From: a virus
Lineage: Duplodnaviria; Caudoviricetes
Virus record (IMG/VR): IMGVR_UViG_3300028048_003120
Location: 1,121 to 65,120 of that record
Direction: 5' to 3' (one strand)
DNA: 64,000 bases
Within the stretch, counting starts at the first letter, position 1. Each line of letters starts with the position of its first letter. Of this stretch, positions 16,784 to 26,502 are shown in pieces. A program made the translations under genes and the position numbers. Under the pieces are notes generated by a model, which saw only the letters and a list, made by a program, of their open reading frames with translations, searched no databases and had not been told where the DNA came from.

Positions 16784-17143
16784 TTACAGGCTTGCGTTGC
16801 TGCCCACCACGGAGCGGGCCACTTTCAAATCGTCCTTCGACACGCCGATGACTACCTCGTGCGTGGAAAGATTCGTCACCTTTGCCTCAAATACATACGC
16901 TCCGAGCATGTTCTGCGTGACACTTGCGGGGAGCGTAAAACTCACAAGGCCCCCGCTGCCGATAGTGATGGCAAGCGCCCCGGTCACGGAGTTGTCGGTA
17001 CTCCATATCGCGACGGCGGTGTCGGAGTTGTTCCGGCAGAGCGCCGCAGAAATCTTGTAGCCGGACAAATTCGTGACGACATTGCCGGAATCGTCCTTCA
17101 GATGGCCGCTAAACGTGGCTTGTTCTCCCTGATAGATAAGCAT
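16784..17143 (-). CDS. Small beta-rich structural protein (BppU-N-like)
   Basis: 119 aa at the head of the tail-fibre operon; FTLPASVTQNMLGAYVFEAKVT pattern. Confidence 0.45.
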   Translation of the reverse strand: MLIYQGEQATFSGHLKDDSGNVVTNLSGYKISAALCRNNSDTAVAIWSTDNSVTGALAITIGSGGLVSFTLPASVTQNMLGAYVFEAKVTNLSTHEVVIGVSKDDLKVARSVVGSNASL

Positions 17144-17162
17144 GGCCGTAGTGGTGTTTCTG

Positions 17163-17206
17163 CAAGTTTAGCGCTGATACATGGTTCTTTTTGTCTATCC
17201 GCACCC
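17163..17206 (-). promoter_or_regulatory. Putative late promoter (motif copy 2)
   Basis: GGGTGCGGATAGACAAA-N19-TAAACTTG, upstream of 16784..17143. Confidence 0.65.
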
Positions 17207-17211
17207 GAAGG

Positions 17212-17252
17212 AAAAAAGAAGGGGATGCCGCAACCATGACGAACGGCATCCC
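17212..17252 (-). terminator. Rho-independent terminator
   Basis: GGGATGCCG-N13-CGGCATCCC stem followed on the minus strand by CTTCTTTTTT; downstream of 17285..17944. Confidence 0.75.
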
Positions 17253-17284
17253 CATAACAGGGCAGGTACAACCTAACAAACTCC

Positions 17285-17944
17285 CTACCCGGTTATTCCC
17301 ATCTGCAAGCGCGCCTGACTGAAGAACTCATCAGCAACCTTGTCCTTGAAAATGGTAAGCACAAGGCCCGTCAGCATGGAAATGACGGCATCTTTCAGCA
17401 GGGTGCATACCTGCACGGCATTGCTGGAGATTGCGGGGTACGTGAGGTACGAAATCCTTTCGAGACGGGCAGAAGCCTGCTCGTTTTGACCCAGCTCCGT
17501 CGCCAGCGAGTAGTACCAAATCTGGTTTACGGTATTCCCGCGATGCAGGACGGCCTCCGGGCGCTCATACGTGCCGCAGGCGTATTGGTCGGTCTGCCGA
17601 ATCGCATCCGCGCTGCCGTCCTCGATCAGCTCCGTCACGAGATACGGGGAATCCGTGGCCTTGATGGAGAGGAAGCGCAGCATGTTCTGCGGAACCTCAA
17701 CCTTCAACACCTTCCCCGTGGCGGTCACGACGGGACTGACTATCGCCGGAGCGTCTGCGATACGCGAGCGCGGGGCGAGGCTATGCACCATCGCCACGGC
17801 CTCGACCATCTTCGACTTGATAATCGTGTCGAGGTCCACGTTGTCGGAGTCCACGACCCCGGCCATGTACGATTCGTTAGGTTGCAGTTCGTCCAGGGCC
17901 TTGCGCACGGCGGCGACGGCATCGGTTTCGGTAAGGCTGACCAT
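17285..17944 (-). CDS. Putative head-tail adaptor / first ring protein
   Basis: 219 aa, two genes downstream of the MCP; helical N- and C-termini around a beta insert. Confidence 0.5.
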   Translation of the reverse strand: MVSLTETDAVAAVRKALDELQPNESYMAGVVDSDNVDLDTIIKSKMVEAVAMVHSLAPRSRIADAPAIVSPVVTATGKVLKVEVPQNMLRFLSIKATDSPYLVTELIEDGSADAIRQTDQYACGTYERPEAVLHRGNTVNQIWYYSLATELGQNEQASARLERISYLTYPAISSNAVQVCTLLKDAVISMLTGLVLTIFKDKVADEFFSQARLQMGITG

Positions 17945-17949
17945 AGTCC

Positions 17950-18429
17950 TTATTCGAGATTGAAGTTCGGGAACGTAACGTTGTATTCGAGCATGACCTT
18001 CTTAATGGCCTCCTTGCTCATCAGGGCCTTACCGGACACGCCGTAGGTATCTTTCAGATACTTGCGGGCAGAGTTGATGTCCGTGACGGAATCGACGCTC
18101 GTAGGCTCAGTTTCCGGCTCCGGCTCCGGCTCGGGACGGGGACTGTCCGGCTGGCGCTCGCCTTCCTCGTCGTAGTAATAAACCGCCGAGATGAGGATGC
18201 GCTTGCCAAAACTCGGATCACTCTCGATGGCCGCTTGGCAGGCCGGGTCCGTGGTCGTGAATGAGGCGGGCACGTTGTTGAAAGTGCTGCCGCCGGAGAA
18301 CTCAACATGGAACTTGGCGTTGCTGCCGTTGAGGTAGAAGATGAGCTTCGCAGAGTTCAGCCCTGGGATGACGTAGGTCTTTTGTGCAATCATGATGGGT
18401 TGTGTTTTGGTTTTTCGATAGGTTGTCAT
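17950..18429 (-). CDS. Hypothetical virion-associated protein
   Basis: 159 aa directly after the MCP; PE-rich linker and small C-terminal helical domain. Confidence 0.6.
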   Translation of the reverse strand: MTTYRKTKTQPIMIAQKTYVIPGLNSAKLIFYLNGSNAKFHVEFSGGSTFNNVPASFTTTDPACQAAIESDPSFGKRILISAVYYYDEEGERQPDSPRPEPEPEPETEPTSVDSVTDINSARKYLKDTYGVSGKALMSKEAIKKVMLEYNVTFPNFNLE

Positions 18430-18435
18430 AATAGC

Positions 18436-18467
18436 CGAAAAGGGGGAAGCACGAGGCGACCCCCTTT
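18436..18467 (-). terminator. Terminator-like hairpin after the major capsid gene
   Basis: AAAGGGGG-N13-CCCCCTTT inverted repeat. Confidence 0.55.
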
Positions 18468-18487
18468 AAGGCGAGTGTTACCAACGG

Positions 18488-20026
18488 TTACTGGAACGAT
18501 ACTTCACCGCTGTAGAGAGTCCACGAGGTCGTGGCAAGATTGTAGGTCACGAGGCTACCCTTCTTGAAGCCGCTCGCATCGGCGGTCAGGTACACGACCA
18601 TACCGTCCACGAGGTCACTTGCGGGCAGGGAGCTTGCGGAGGTAGCGAAGCCGGAGGCTACGCTGCGGCCAGCGCCGCCGAGAATCTTGCTGGACGGGCC
18701 GACGAGGATGGAGTTGTAACCCTTGAGGGCAATCGCGTCGATCTGGGTGTAGATGTCGCGAGCCGCCTCACGGTTCTCGCCAGCGCCCTTCTTCATGTCC
18801 ACGTGCTGCTGCTTGTCATCGACCATTACATAACGCACTGCGTTCTTGATGTCGGCGATGAGGCAGAAGTCGGAGAAGCCCGTATCATCGAGGGTCGGGT
18901 CCCACTTGAAGTTCAGCGTACCGAAGGTAGTCTTGAACGCCTTGATGTCAACGCCCATGACAAGGTTGCTGGTGAAGGACACGTCCTTGTGCTTCGTGAA
19001 GTCGATGTTCAGGAGTTTCTCCATGAAGTTCTTTCCGCAGTATGCCTCGGCCTCGTTGTTCATCGAGTAGTCGGTGAACTGCATCTTCGTCAGAGCGATG
19101 AGGTCGGCGAAGGTCAGTTCATTGCCGATGCCGTACATGGACTGGAACTGACGCAGGACGCCGGAGGAGTAGTACACGTATTCCTCGCCCATGTTCGTGC
19201 CAGCGTCAACCTTGTCGCGATACTGGAAGCCAACCCAAGCGGTGCGGGCAGCTTTGCGGCGGTGGTTGTAGAGGGCGTTGTCCTTGACATCCTCCAGGAC
19301 GAACGGGACCTTCTTCGCAATCTCCTTCCAATGGTCGGTGATGACGATGTTGGTAATCTTCTTCTGGAGGTACACCTTCGACGGACGGGGCTGGTAGTTC
19401 TCGGGCTTAACCTGCATCTGCGACTCCGTGCAGGCGTTGGCGCACACGAGGAGCGTACTGCCGGACGGGATGGCCGGAATCTTCGCGGTGTTGGTCTCAA
19501 CGATAGGGTTGAGGGCCGAGACAGTCACGGTAGTGCCGTTGACGGCATCGACGCGCAGCATGAGCTGGCCATCGCCGCCCTGCACATCCGGGACGAGGAT
19601 GGTGGACCACTGAGGGAACATCTTCGCGTTGGTCGAGGAAACGGGCAGGGTCGCGGTGTTGGACGCGGTCTTGCTCAGGCCGGCATTCGTCGAGCAGGAA
19701 AGCAGCGACGCGCCGCTGGCATAGTGATCGATCTCGTAGCCCTTGACCGGGACCTGCTTGGCCATCTTGCGGATGTCGGTCTCCAGCGGGAACAGGAACG
19801 GACGGAACTTGGCGATATACTCGTCAATCTCGTCCTGCGCAAGTTCACCCTCGCGGATTTGGGTCGCAGAAGCGACAGTTCCCGTGAGGTCGGAGGTGAT
19901 GCCCTTCTCGTCAGCCGTCGCGCCGGTGGTATCAGCCATCGCCAACGAAGCGTCTGCACCGAACAACATCGCCAGGGAGCAGAGGATGATGCTAAGGAAG
20001 CTCATCTGTTTGAAGATACTTTTCAT
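18488..20026 (-). CDS. Major capsid protein
   Basis: 512 aa following the scaffold; ENYQPRPSKVYLQKKITNIVITDHW, YYSSGVLRQF and FGTLNFKWDPTLD patterns consistent with an HK97-fold capsid protein. Confidence 0.8.
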   Translation of the reverse strand: MKSIFKQMSFLSIILCSLAMLFGADASLAMADTTGATADEKGITSDLTGTVASATQIREGELAQDEIDEYIAKFRPFLFPLETDIRKMAKQVPVKGYEIDHYASGASLLSCSTNAGLSKTASNTATLPVSSTNAKMFPQWSTILVPDVQGGDGQLMLRVDAVNGTTVTVSALNPIVETNTAKIPAIPSGSTLLVCANACTESQMQVKPENYQPRPSKVYLQKKITNIVITDHWKEIAKKVPFVLEDVKDNALYNHRRKAARTAWVGFQYRDKVDAGTNMGEEYVYYSSGVLRQFQSMYGIGNELTFADLIALTKMQFTDYSMNNEAEAYCGKNFMEKLLNIDFTKHKDVSFTSNLVMGVDIKAFKTTFGTLNFKWDPTLDDTGFSDFCLIADIKNAVRYVMVDDKQQHVDMKKGAGENREAARDIYTQIDAIALKGYNSILVGPSSKILGGAGRSVASGFATSASSLPASDLVDGMVVYLTADASGFKKGSLVTYNLATTSWTLYSGEVSFQ

Positions 20027-20055
20027 TTTGTGTGATGTGTTTTTGGTTGTTTGTT

Positions 20056-20823
20056 CTAATCGTAGTCTTCGGGATTTACCGCGAAGGGGTTGTATTTCTT
20101 TTTCTTCGTCTCGGGTTCGCGAGCGGCAGCGCCGGAGTTCAGCGTCGGAGGAACACCTTCCGGCATTTCCTTCTTACGCAGTTTCTCCTCAATCTTCGCG
20201 TTGCGGCCACGGATTTCTCCCTCATGGGCCGCTGCATCGACATCCGCGTCGTAGTTCATGGCCTTCAAGCCGAACTCGTAGATTTCGCGGGTAATCTTGT
20301 TCTGCGCGAGGTCGAGGGTCATCTGATGGATGGTGTCAAAGAGCTGGTTGGCCTGCTCGTCGGAAAGGCCCTTCTCCTGCTGAATCTGGTCGAGCAGGGC
20401 GATTGATTCGTCGAGGTTGCGTCCGGCTTCCTCCTTCAACTCCTTCTCCTTTGCGACTTTCTCCAGCCATTTCTTGTACTTCTCGCCGTACTTCTGCTTG
20501 CCTTCCTCGCTTTCGAGAGCGGCCCGGAAGTCGTCGCCGAAGTTCTCGATGAGGAACTCAACCGGGTCCTGCCCGTCCTTGCAAGCGTTGAAGAAGGAGG
20601 CCACACGGGGGTCGCCGTGGTAGAACATATCCACCATCTTCGAGGAGTTCTCCTCGTAGCCTTTCATCTTCTCGGCGGCAGCGTCCGCATCTGAATAGTC
20701 ATTGTCGATGGCATCGAAAATGCCCTCATCGTCCACGAACTCGCGGTCCGGGTGACGGGTTTTGAGACGCTCCAAAACTGCATCCCTGCGCGTTGTACCT
20801 TTCTTGTTTTCAGGCGTTTCCAT
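20056..20823 (-). CDS. Capsid scaffolding protein
   Basis: 255 aa, acidic and helical/coiled-coil, immediately upstream of the MCP. Confidence 0.65.
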   Translation of the reverse strand: METPENKKGTTRRDAVLERLKTRHPDREFVDDEGIFDAIDNDYSDADAAAEKMKGYEENSSKMVDMFYHGDPRVASFFNACKDGQDPVEFLIENFGDDFRAALESEEGKQKYGEKYKKWLEKVAKEKELKEEAGRNLDESIALLDQIQQEKGLSDEQANQLFDTIHQMTLDLAQNKITREIYEFGLKAMNYDADVDAAAHEGEIRGRNAKIEEKLRKKEMPEGVPPTLNSGAAAREPETKKKKYNPFAVNPEDYD

Positions 20824-20858
20824 TATAAAGAAGTGTCTTTCGATTTTATTACGGTAAG

Positions 20859-20916
20859 CAAATATAATCCCCCAAAATGGCGTTTTTTGTCTATCCGTTC
20901 CCGCAGGGTAACTTTG
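20859..20916. promoter_or_regulatory. Overlapping divergent promoters (late motif copy 3 leftward; canonical Bacteroidetes promoter rightward)
   Basis: Minus strand: GGGAACGGATAGACAAA-N19-TATATTTG. Plus strand: TTTG(20886)-N19-TAACTTTG(20909..20916), reusing the same TTTG bases. Confidence 0.75.
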
Positions 20917-20946
20917 TGTATAACCATAGCCGCGTTACCATGAAGG

Positions 20947-21375
20947 ATGCGTCGGGCGAATACGGAGCTTACCGCTATGCGAAACGACGACCTGCTCCGG
21001 GCCGTCAACGAGGTTGTCAAGTTTTTTGATGTCGAAACGCCGGAGGAAGCCGTGGCGCTGGCCATCAAGCGGCCATCGAAACGCTTCTGGTGTTCATCGC
21101 AGTCTGCGGAGCGTGCCATTTGGCGCATCCGCAAGGGCGAGACGCTGGACGAAATGCTTCCCACGCTGCGCGAGCAGTATTTCACGCTATACGATTTATA
21201 CCTCGAACTGCGCGAGACGGACGAGTTCCGTGGCAAGAGCGTGCATTACATCTGCGCGATACTCGTTGAGCAGCCAGCGCCCAAGTTCTACCTCACGGTC
21301 AACTCGGCTTTGAAGATTTACAAGAACTGGCGGCTGAAACGGCTATGCGAGAGGACTGCACGACTTATGCGCTGA
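20947..21375 (+). CDS. Conserved phage protein, candidate transcriptional regulator
   Basis: 142 aa, basic and helical (RPSKRFWCS...ILVEQPAPKFYLTVNSALKIY). Confidence 0.45.
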   Translation: MRRANTELTAMRNDDLLRAVNEVVKFFDVETPEEAVALAIKRPSKRFWCSSQSAERAIWRIRKGETLDEMLPTLREQYFTLYDLYLELRETDEFRGKSVHYICAILVEQPAPKFYLTVNSALKIYKNWRLKRLCERTARLMR

Positions 21376-21821
21376 CGGTGCTTGTGCTGGGATACGCCCT
21401 GCAAATAGCGCTGGACCTTGCCGTGGGCTATACCGACCGCTCCCTGCTTCCGCATCTCGCGTTCTGCATCTTCCACGCGAATGTCTTCCACCTTGCCGCC
21501 AACGCCCTGACGCTATGCCTGCTGCGCCCTGCCGGGCGCGACATCATTTCCGGCTACATCATATCCCTTCTCGCCTCGTTCGTCGCGGTCACCGCAGCAC
21601 CCACCGTGGGTTTCTCCGGGGTGCTATATGCCATGATAGGGATGCGCACGACGCTTTTCCGCGGGCGCTTCACATTCCCGAAGGCATGGTTTGCAGGGTT
21701 CCTCCTCGCCGGGCTTTTCCTCCCTCACGTGAACGGCCTCCTGCACGTGCTATGCTTCGTTGCCGGAGCCGTCGTCCAGCTATACCGCCGCACCGCCGAT
21801 GATTACGCAAGAGCAAATTGA
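21345..21821 (+). CDS. Rhomboid-family intramembrane serine protease
   Basis: HANVFHLAAN, GFSG (catalytic Ser) and NGLLHVLCFVAG (catalytic His) motifs in a multi-TM protein. Confidence 0.85.
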   Translation: MREDCTTYALTVLVLGYALQIALDLAVGYTDRSLLPHLAFCIFHANVFHLAANALTLCLLRPAGRDIISGYIISLLASFVAVTAAPTVGFSGVLYAMIGMRTTLFRGRFTFPKAWFAGFLLAGLFLPHVNGLLHVLCFVAGAVVQLYRRTADDYARAN

Positions 21822-23883
21822 GAAACTCGTCCAGGAGAACCGACGACGGTTCCGCGAGTTGCGCTGCGAATACAACGCGGTCACGGGCGAGGGCGCGCCT
21901 CTCGTCCGTGAGCGGCTGGTGATTGAGGACCATCCCATACCCGTGCAGTGGGTTCCGCTGGGAATGATGCAGAACGACTTGGTAAAGGCCCTGCGGAAAT
22001 ACAAGACCATCCAGGCGTTCATCGAGAAGGGATTGAAGGAGGAATATACCGAGAAGCGGCGCATCCGCGTCATAGAGGAGCTGGCCGTGGTGCGAAACCG
22101 CTACGACTTCATCTACTGGGCGTATGTCTTCGTGAAGATCAAGCCGAAGGAAGGCGGCGAGATGATTCCCTTCAAGCTGAACTATGCGCAGGTGCGGTTC
22201 TTCCTCATCTTGGAAGACTTCCGGGCGAAGGGGGTCCCGATACGCATCATCCTGCTGAAAGCCCGTCAGTGGGGAGGCTCCACGCTCACGCAGATATACT
22301 TCGCATGGATTCAGCTATGCCACAAGAAAGGATGGTACTCCACCATCGTCGGGCAGACGAAGAACACCTCCGGGCGAATCTTGGAGATGTACAACAAGCT
22401 CGTCGAGAACTACCCGCCGTGGCTGCTGGGCCTTACCGACGACAACCGGCTGAAACTGTCGCAGTACGGCAAGGCCACCAGCAACGACTTCGAGATTCGG
22501 GACCGCAGCGGCAGGCGTGTCGGCGACACGGTAATCCAGATCGGTACTGTCGTGGAGCCGGACAACATCCGCTCCGGCGATGTGGCGATGGTCCATTACT
22601 CCGAGGTTGGCGTATGGAAGGACACGCCGGGCCGCAGGCCGGAAGACTTGATCCGAAGCATTTCATCCGGCCTACTGTACCGTCCGTACACCATCGAGGT
22701 GCTGGAATCCACCGCGAAGGGCACGGGCAACTATTTCCACCGGGAGTGGGTGCGTGCCGAGGAGGGCAAGAGCAGCCGCACCCCGGTATTCATCCCGTGG
22801 TTCTACATCCTCAACGACACGGTTCCCGTGGAGGACGAATACGAGTTCGCACGCTGGCTCCTGGAGTGCAAGGACATGGAGAACCCGCCGACGGACTATC
22901 TCGACGAGGGGAAATACTATTGGCACTTGTGGGAGCTGGGCGCCACCTTCGAGGGTATCAACTGGTATCGCATCACTCGCAAGGGCGTGGACTCGCACAG
23001 TGACATGGCATCCGAGGCCCCGTCCACGGCGGTCGAGGCTTTCGAGAGTACGGGCCGCAAGGTATTCGACCTCTACGAAGTGAACGAGATGCGCAAGTCC
23101 TGCTGCAAGCCTTCTGCCATAGGCGAGGTGTACGCCAAGACGGACCGCGGCCCGGACTGTTTGAAGGGCGTTAAGTTCGCCTCGTCGCAGTCCGGCCTGC
23201 TGAAAGTGTGGGAGAAGCCCGAGAAGGACGACGACATGAAGAACCGCTACCTCGTCATCGTGGATATAGGCGGCAGATGGAAGGGCGCGGACTGGTCCGT
23301 GATTACCGTTATGGACCGCCTGATGATGACGATGGGAGGCAGGCCGGAAATCGTGGCGGAGTGGCGCGGCCATATAGACCACGACCTCTTGGCGTGGAAG
23401 GCCGCTCAGATCGCGACTTGGTACAACAATGCCCTGCTGGTATTCGAGAGCAACACCCTTGAATCACGGGACAAGGAGCGCGACACCGACGGGAACGACA
23501 TAGAATACATCCTCGACCTCGTGGCTGGCGTATATCCGAACATGTATGCCCGGAACCACTCCAGCGAGGACATCAATCAAGGAGCGCCTCTGAAGTGGGG
23601 CTTCCACACCAACACGCACACCAAGCCTGCAATCGTCCACCACCTCATCGCCTGCGTGCGCGATGCGTCGTGGGTGGAAAGGGAGGACCTCGCCTGCAAC
23701 GAGCTGGCGTTCTACGAGAAGAAGGACGACGGCTCCTTCGGTGCCGTATCTGGCCAGCACGACGACCTGCTCATGACGCGGGCCATCGGACTGTGGATAT
23801 GCTTCCGCGACATGGATATGCCGGAGGAAGTGGTCCGCAACGAAGTTAAGGAAGAAAGGCCCCGGACGGAGGCCACGATATAA
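21799..23883 (+). CDS. terL: Terminase large subunit
   Basis: Walker A LKARQWGGSTL, Walker B VHYSEV, coupling motif LESTAKG, nuclease DIGG...DWS and HDDLLM. Start set at MITQEQ. Confidence 0.93.
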   Translation: MITQEQIEKLVQENRRRFRELRCEYNAVTGEGAPLVRERLVIEDHPIPVQWVPLGMMQNDLVKALRKYKTIQAFIEKGLKEEYTEKRRIRVIEELAVVRNRYDFIYWAYVFVKIKPKEGGEMIPFKLNYAQVRFFLILEDFRAKGVPIRIILLKARQWGGSTLTQIYFAWIQLCHKKGWYSTIVGQTKNTSGRILEMYNKLVENYPPWLLGLTDDNRLKLSQYGKATSNDFEIRDRSGRRVGDTVIQIGTVVEPDNIRSGDVAMVHYSEVGVWKDTPGRRPEDLIRSISSGLLYRPYTIEVLESTAKGTGNYFHREWVRAEEGKSSRTPVFIPWFYILNDTVPVEDEYEFARWLLECKDMENPPTDYLDEGKYYWHLWELGATFEGINWYRITRKGVDSHSDMASEAPSTAVEAFESTGRKVFDLYEVNEMRKSCCKPSAIGEVYAKTDRGPDCLKGVKFASSQSGLLKVWEKPEKDDDMKNRYLVIVDIGGRWKGADWSVITVMDRLMMTMGGRPEIVAEWRGHIDHDLLAWKAAQIATWYNNALLVFESNTLESRDKERDTDGNDIEYILDLVAGVYPNMYARNHSSEDINQGAPLKWGFHTNTHTKPAIVHHLIACVRDASWVEREDLACNELAFYEKKDDGSFGAVSGQHDDLLMTRAIGLWICFRDMDMPEEVVRNEVKEERPRTEATI

Positions 23884-23910
23884 TGTTCAACCCCAAAAAC
23901 CAAACACAAC

Positions 23911-24132
23911 ATGACTGACAAAGCAAAAGTCCTCAAACCCGACCCTCGCGCCTTCGCAAACGACTACGGAACGTACCGCATCAAGGGCGACGAGAAACGC
24001 ACGAAGTACATCCTCATCGACAGTTGGCGCGATGCACTCATCCACAAGACCATCTGGAGGATGATGGATGCCGCCGGGAACGTAGTGCGCGTCCCAAACA
24101 CCGATGTCGTACCCTACAATAGCAAGGACTGA
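23911..24132 (+). CDS. Hypothetical protein (73 aa)
   Basis: ORF with an A-rich upstream region; coupled to the next gene. Confidence 0.6.
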   Translation: MTDKAKVLKPDPRAFANDYGTYRIKGDEKRTKYILIDSWRDALIHKTIWRMMDAAGNVVRVPNTDVVPYNSKD

Positions 24133-24494
24133 TGAAGAAATTCTTCCGAAAGGTCGCGTCGTTCTTCGTCGTGGCCTACGCCAACCACCTTTACCGCGAC
24201 CGCGTGAGGCTGGCCGACAAGTACCACAAGGAGTTGAAGTGGAGGATGTATGTCTGCATCCCCTTCGACGGCAAGACGCTGATCGTGATGGACCGCAAGG
24301 GCTTCCGCAAGGCGAAGGAGTTCCGGCGCATCTACGACCCCACGATGTCCACGACGAAACTCGGCGAGGGCAGTTTCTATTACACCGCAGACCGAGGCGA
24401 AAACGGCGCGCTCTCTCCGAAGGAGAAGGAGCTGCGCCGCCTTGCCTTTGTGCGATATATGCTCCAGCGGGCTAAGCTGCCATCCGAAGCATAG
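24132..24494 (+). CDS. Hypothetical protein (120 aa)
   Basis: Basic protein; its 3' end overlaps the portal 3' end by 23 bp (convergent). Confidence 0.65.
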   Translation: MKKFFRKVASFFVVAYANHLYRDRVRLADKYHKELKWRMYVCIPFDGKTLIVMDRKGFRKAKEFRRIYDPTMSTTKLGEGSFYYTADRGENGALSPKEKELRRLAFVRYMLQRAKLPSEA

Positions 24495-26442
24495 TGTTTG
24501 CGCGTCCGATGGCCTCCATGTCGGCACGGTCGTTGACGCTCTGCTGCACGTTCTGCGGGATTGCACCGATGTTCGTCGGCTGGCCCGTCTGCTCAGCCTG
24601 CTCCTTCGCAGCGCCGATGCTCTGCAGGAGGGAATCAGCAAAGTCGAAGTCGCCGTTCTGCAGGAGCTGCTCGATGGAGATTGCGCCGTTCCGCCAGAAC
24701 TCCAGCAGCAGGTCGTTGCCTGCCATGCGACGCTCCGGCGTGGCCGCACCCTCGCGGATGGAAAGGTCGAACTCGATGTCGCGGGCCTTCTCCGGGTCGT
24801 ATTCCTTCACGCCCGCGTAGTTCCGGCCCGCGATGTTGATGATGCGCTTCTCGTCGTAATACTGCTGGATCATCTTGGTCTTCTTCACGGCAATCTGCTC
24901 CGTGAACACCTGGAACCGTAGCAGCAGCGACGAGAGCGAGGCCGTGGCGTTAGCCGTCTGCTGGGAATAGAGCGCTGCCGAAGTGCCGGCATACGGCTGC
25001 TTGCCCTGCAGGGCGTTGTTCGTCTGCGCGATGTTCTCCATCATGTCCATCATCAGCTTGACCATCTCCACCGTGCCGAGGTTCGCCGCGCTGGAGTATA
25101 TCTGCTGGGGCATGGGAACGCCCGGCTTCGGCTTGTAGAACACGATGCCGTCGTAACTCGACATCTCCTCCGCAAATTCCTCCTTCGTCAGACCTCCCAT
25201 TACATCTTCCGGCACCATGATGACACCCTTCGCGCCCGTTCGCCGCACGAAGTCGTCGAGGATGATAAGGCGGTTGATGTAACGCTGCTGGTCGAGGAAG
25301 TCCCCGGCATACGGGTGAATCTCGCCGTTGACGAAGGGATAGAAACTCACGGTGTACGGATGGCTCTCGTGGTCGAAAGGATTCTCGCCTTCGAGCAGGA
25401 TAGTGCCGTCCGGGGCGAGGAACTGGAAGAACCAATAGTAGTCCTCCACGTATTCGGCCTCGATAAGCGCGATGTCCTCCTTCGCCATGCCCATCGCGAG
25501 ACCTTCCTGGATGCGGCTCTCGTTCTCCAGCTCCACGAGTTCGTGGTAGTCCTCCGATTCGACGCGGTAGAGTTTGCCTTCCAGCGGGTCCCAGCAGCGG
25601 TAGCGCTCCTTCAACTCCTTCGTCCAAATCTCATAAACGCGGCAGAGAGACGGGTCGTTGGGAGTCCAGAAGTTCATGCCGTCCTCACGGTTCCGCTTTC
25701 GGATGTCCTCGCTGACGGGATATGCAGTACCGCCGACGCGGTAGATACTGCGCAGCAGTTCGTGGTCTTGATGACTGTGCGAGAAGCGGTGGTAAACCTC
25801 GTAGAGCGGCATGTCGTGGATTTCGCCGATGATGTAGATGTTCTGCATCAACGGATCGTCCATAGGGCCGTCGAGGAACATGTGCGAAGGAAGCGGGAAC
25901 CGTGACTTGATGTCCCGCTGACCGTCCATGAAGTCCAGGCCCTCGCGCTCGAACACCATACCGCCAATCATGTAGTCCTCGAAGGCGTTGGTAAGCAGCA
26001 GGCGCATGGAGTTCTTCTGCCAGTTGCATTGCAGGGCAATCGACATCATCTCGCCCACCTTCTGCTCGTCGCGGTCACGCGCCGTGGCCACCGGCTCCGT
26101 ATCAGTCTTGGAGTACAAGCCCGTGACGGTGTTCACGTGGCTGCGCATGACATTGTTCACGAGGGGAACGTTGCCCTTGCGCCGGATGTACTCGGCCTCC
26201 GTCGTGGTCACGGTCCTGCCGTTGTGCTTGTACGTGATGCTATCGGACCATTGGTCGCCGTACACGTACCTGCCGATACGCTCGCGCTCCCGCCGTGCAG
26301 GGGCGAAGTTCTCCCAGATGATGGAACTTTTCGTCAGCAGCGGCAGGTTGTTGTTCCGGGTGCCGGTGCGACGGCGGTGTTCCACCGAATCAATCCTCTC
26401 GCGGGGCATGAGCCGCGACTTTGGTATCATTATCCTCGGCAT
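24472..26442 (-). CDS. Portal protein (P22/T7-like podovirus type)
   Basis: 656 aa; YVYGDQW, PLVNNVMRSHVNTVTGLY, LDQQRYINRLII and GKQPYAGTSA patterns typical of podoviral portals. Confidence 0.88.
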   Translation of the reverse strand: MPRIMIPKSRLMPRERIDSVEHRRRTGTRNNNLPLLTKSSIIWENFAPARRERERIGRYVYGDQWSDSITYKHNGRTVTTTEAEYIRRKGNVPLVNNVMRSHVNTVTGLYSKTDTEPVATARDRDEQKVGEMMSIALQCNWQKNSMRLLLTNAFEDYMIGGMVFEREGLDFMDGQRDIKSRFPLPSHMFLDGPMDDPLMQNIYIIGEIHDMPLYEVYHRFSHSHQDHELLRSIYRVGGTAYPVSEDIRKRNREDGMNFWTPNDPSLCRVYEIWTKELKERYRCWDPLEGKLYRVESEDYHELVELENESRIQEGLAMGMAKEDIALIEAEYVEDYYWFFQFLAPDGTILLEGENPFDHESHPYTVSFYPFVNGEIHPYAGDFLDQQRYINRLIILDDFVRRTGAKGVIMVPEDVMGGLTKEEFAEEMSSYDGIVFYKPKPGVPMPQQIYSSAANLGTVEMVKLMMDMMENIAQTNNALQGKQPYAGTSAALYSQQTANATASLSSLLLRFQVFTEQIAVKKTKMIQQYYDEKRIINIAGRNYAGVKEYDPEKARDIEFDLSIREGAATPERRMAGNDLLLEFWRNGAISIEQLLQNGDFDFADSLLQSIGAAKEQAEQTGQPTNIGAIPQNVQQSVNDRADMEAIGRANTMLRMAA

Positions 26443-26459
26443 ATCCTATTTCGTTTTCG

Positions 26460-26502
26460 CAATGATAATCAACTCAAATTCCTTTTATTGTCTATCTGCT
26501 CC
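26460..26502 (-). promoter_or_regulatory. Putative late promoter (motif copy 4, degenerate)
   Basis: GGAGCAGATAGACAAT-N19-TATCATTG, upstream of the portal. Confidence 0.5.
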
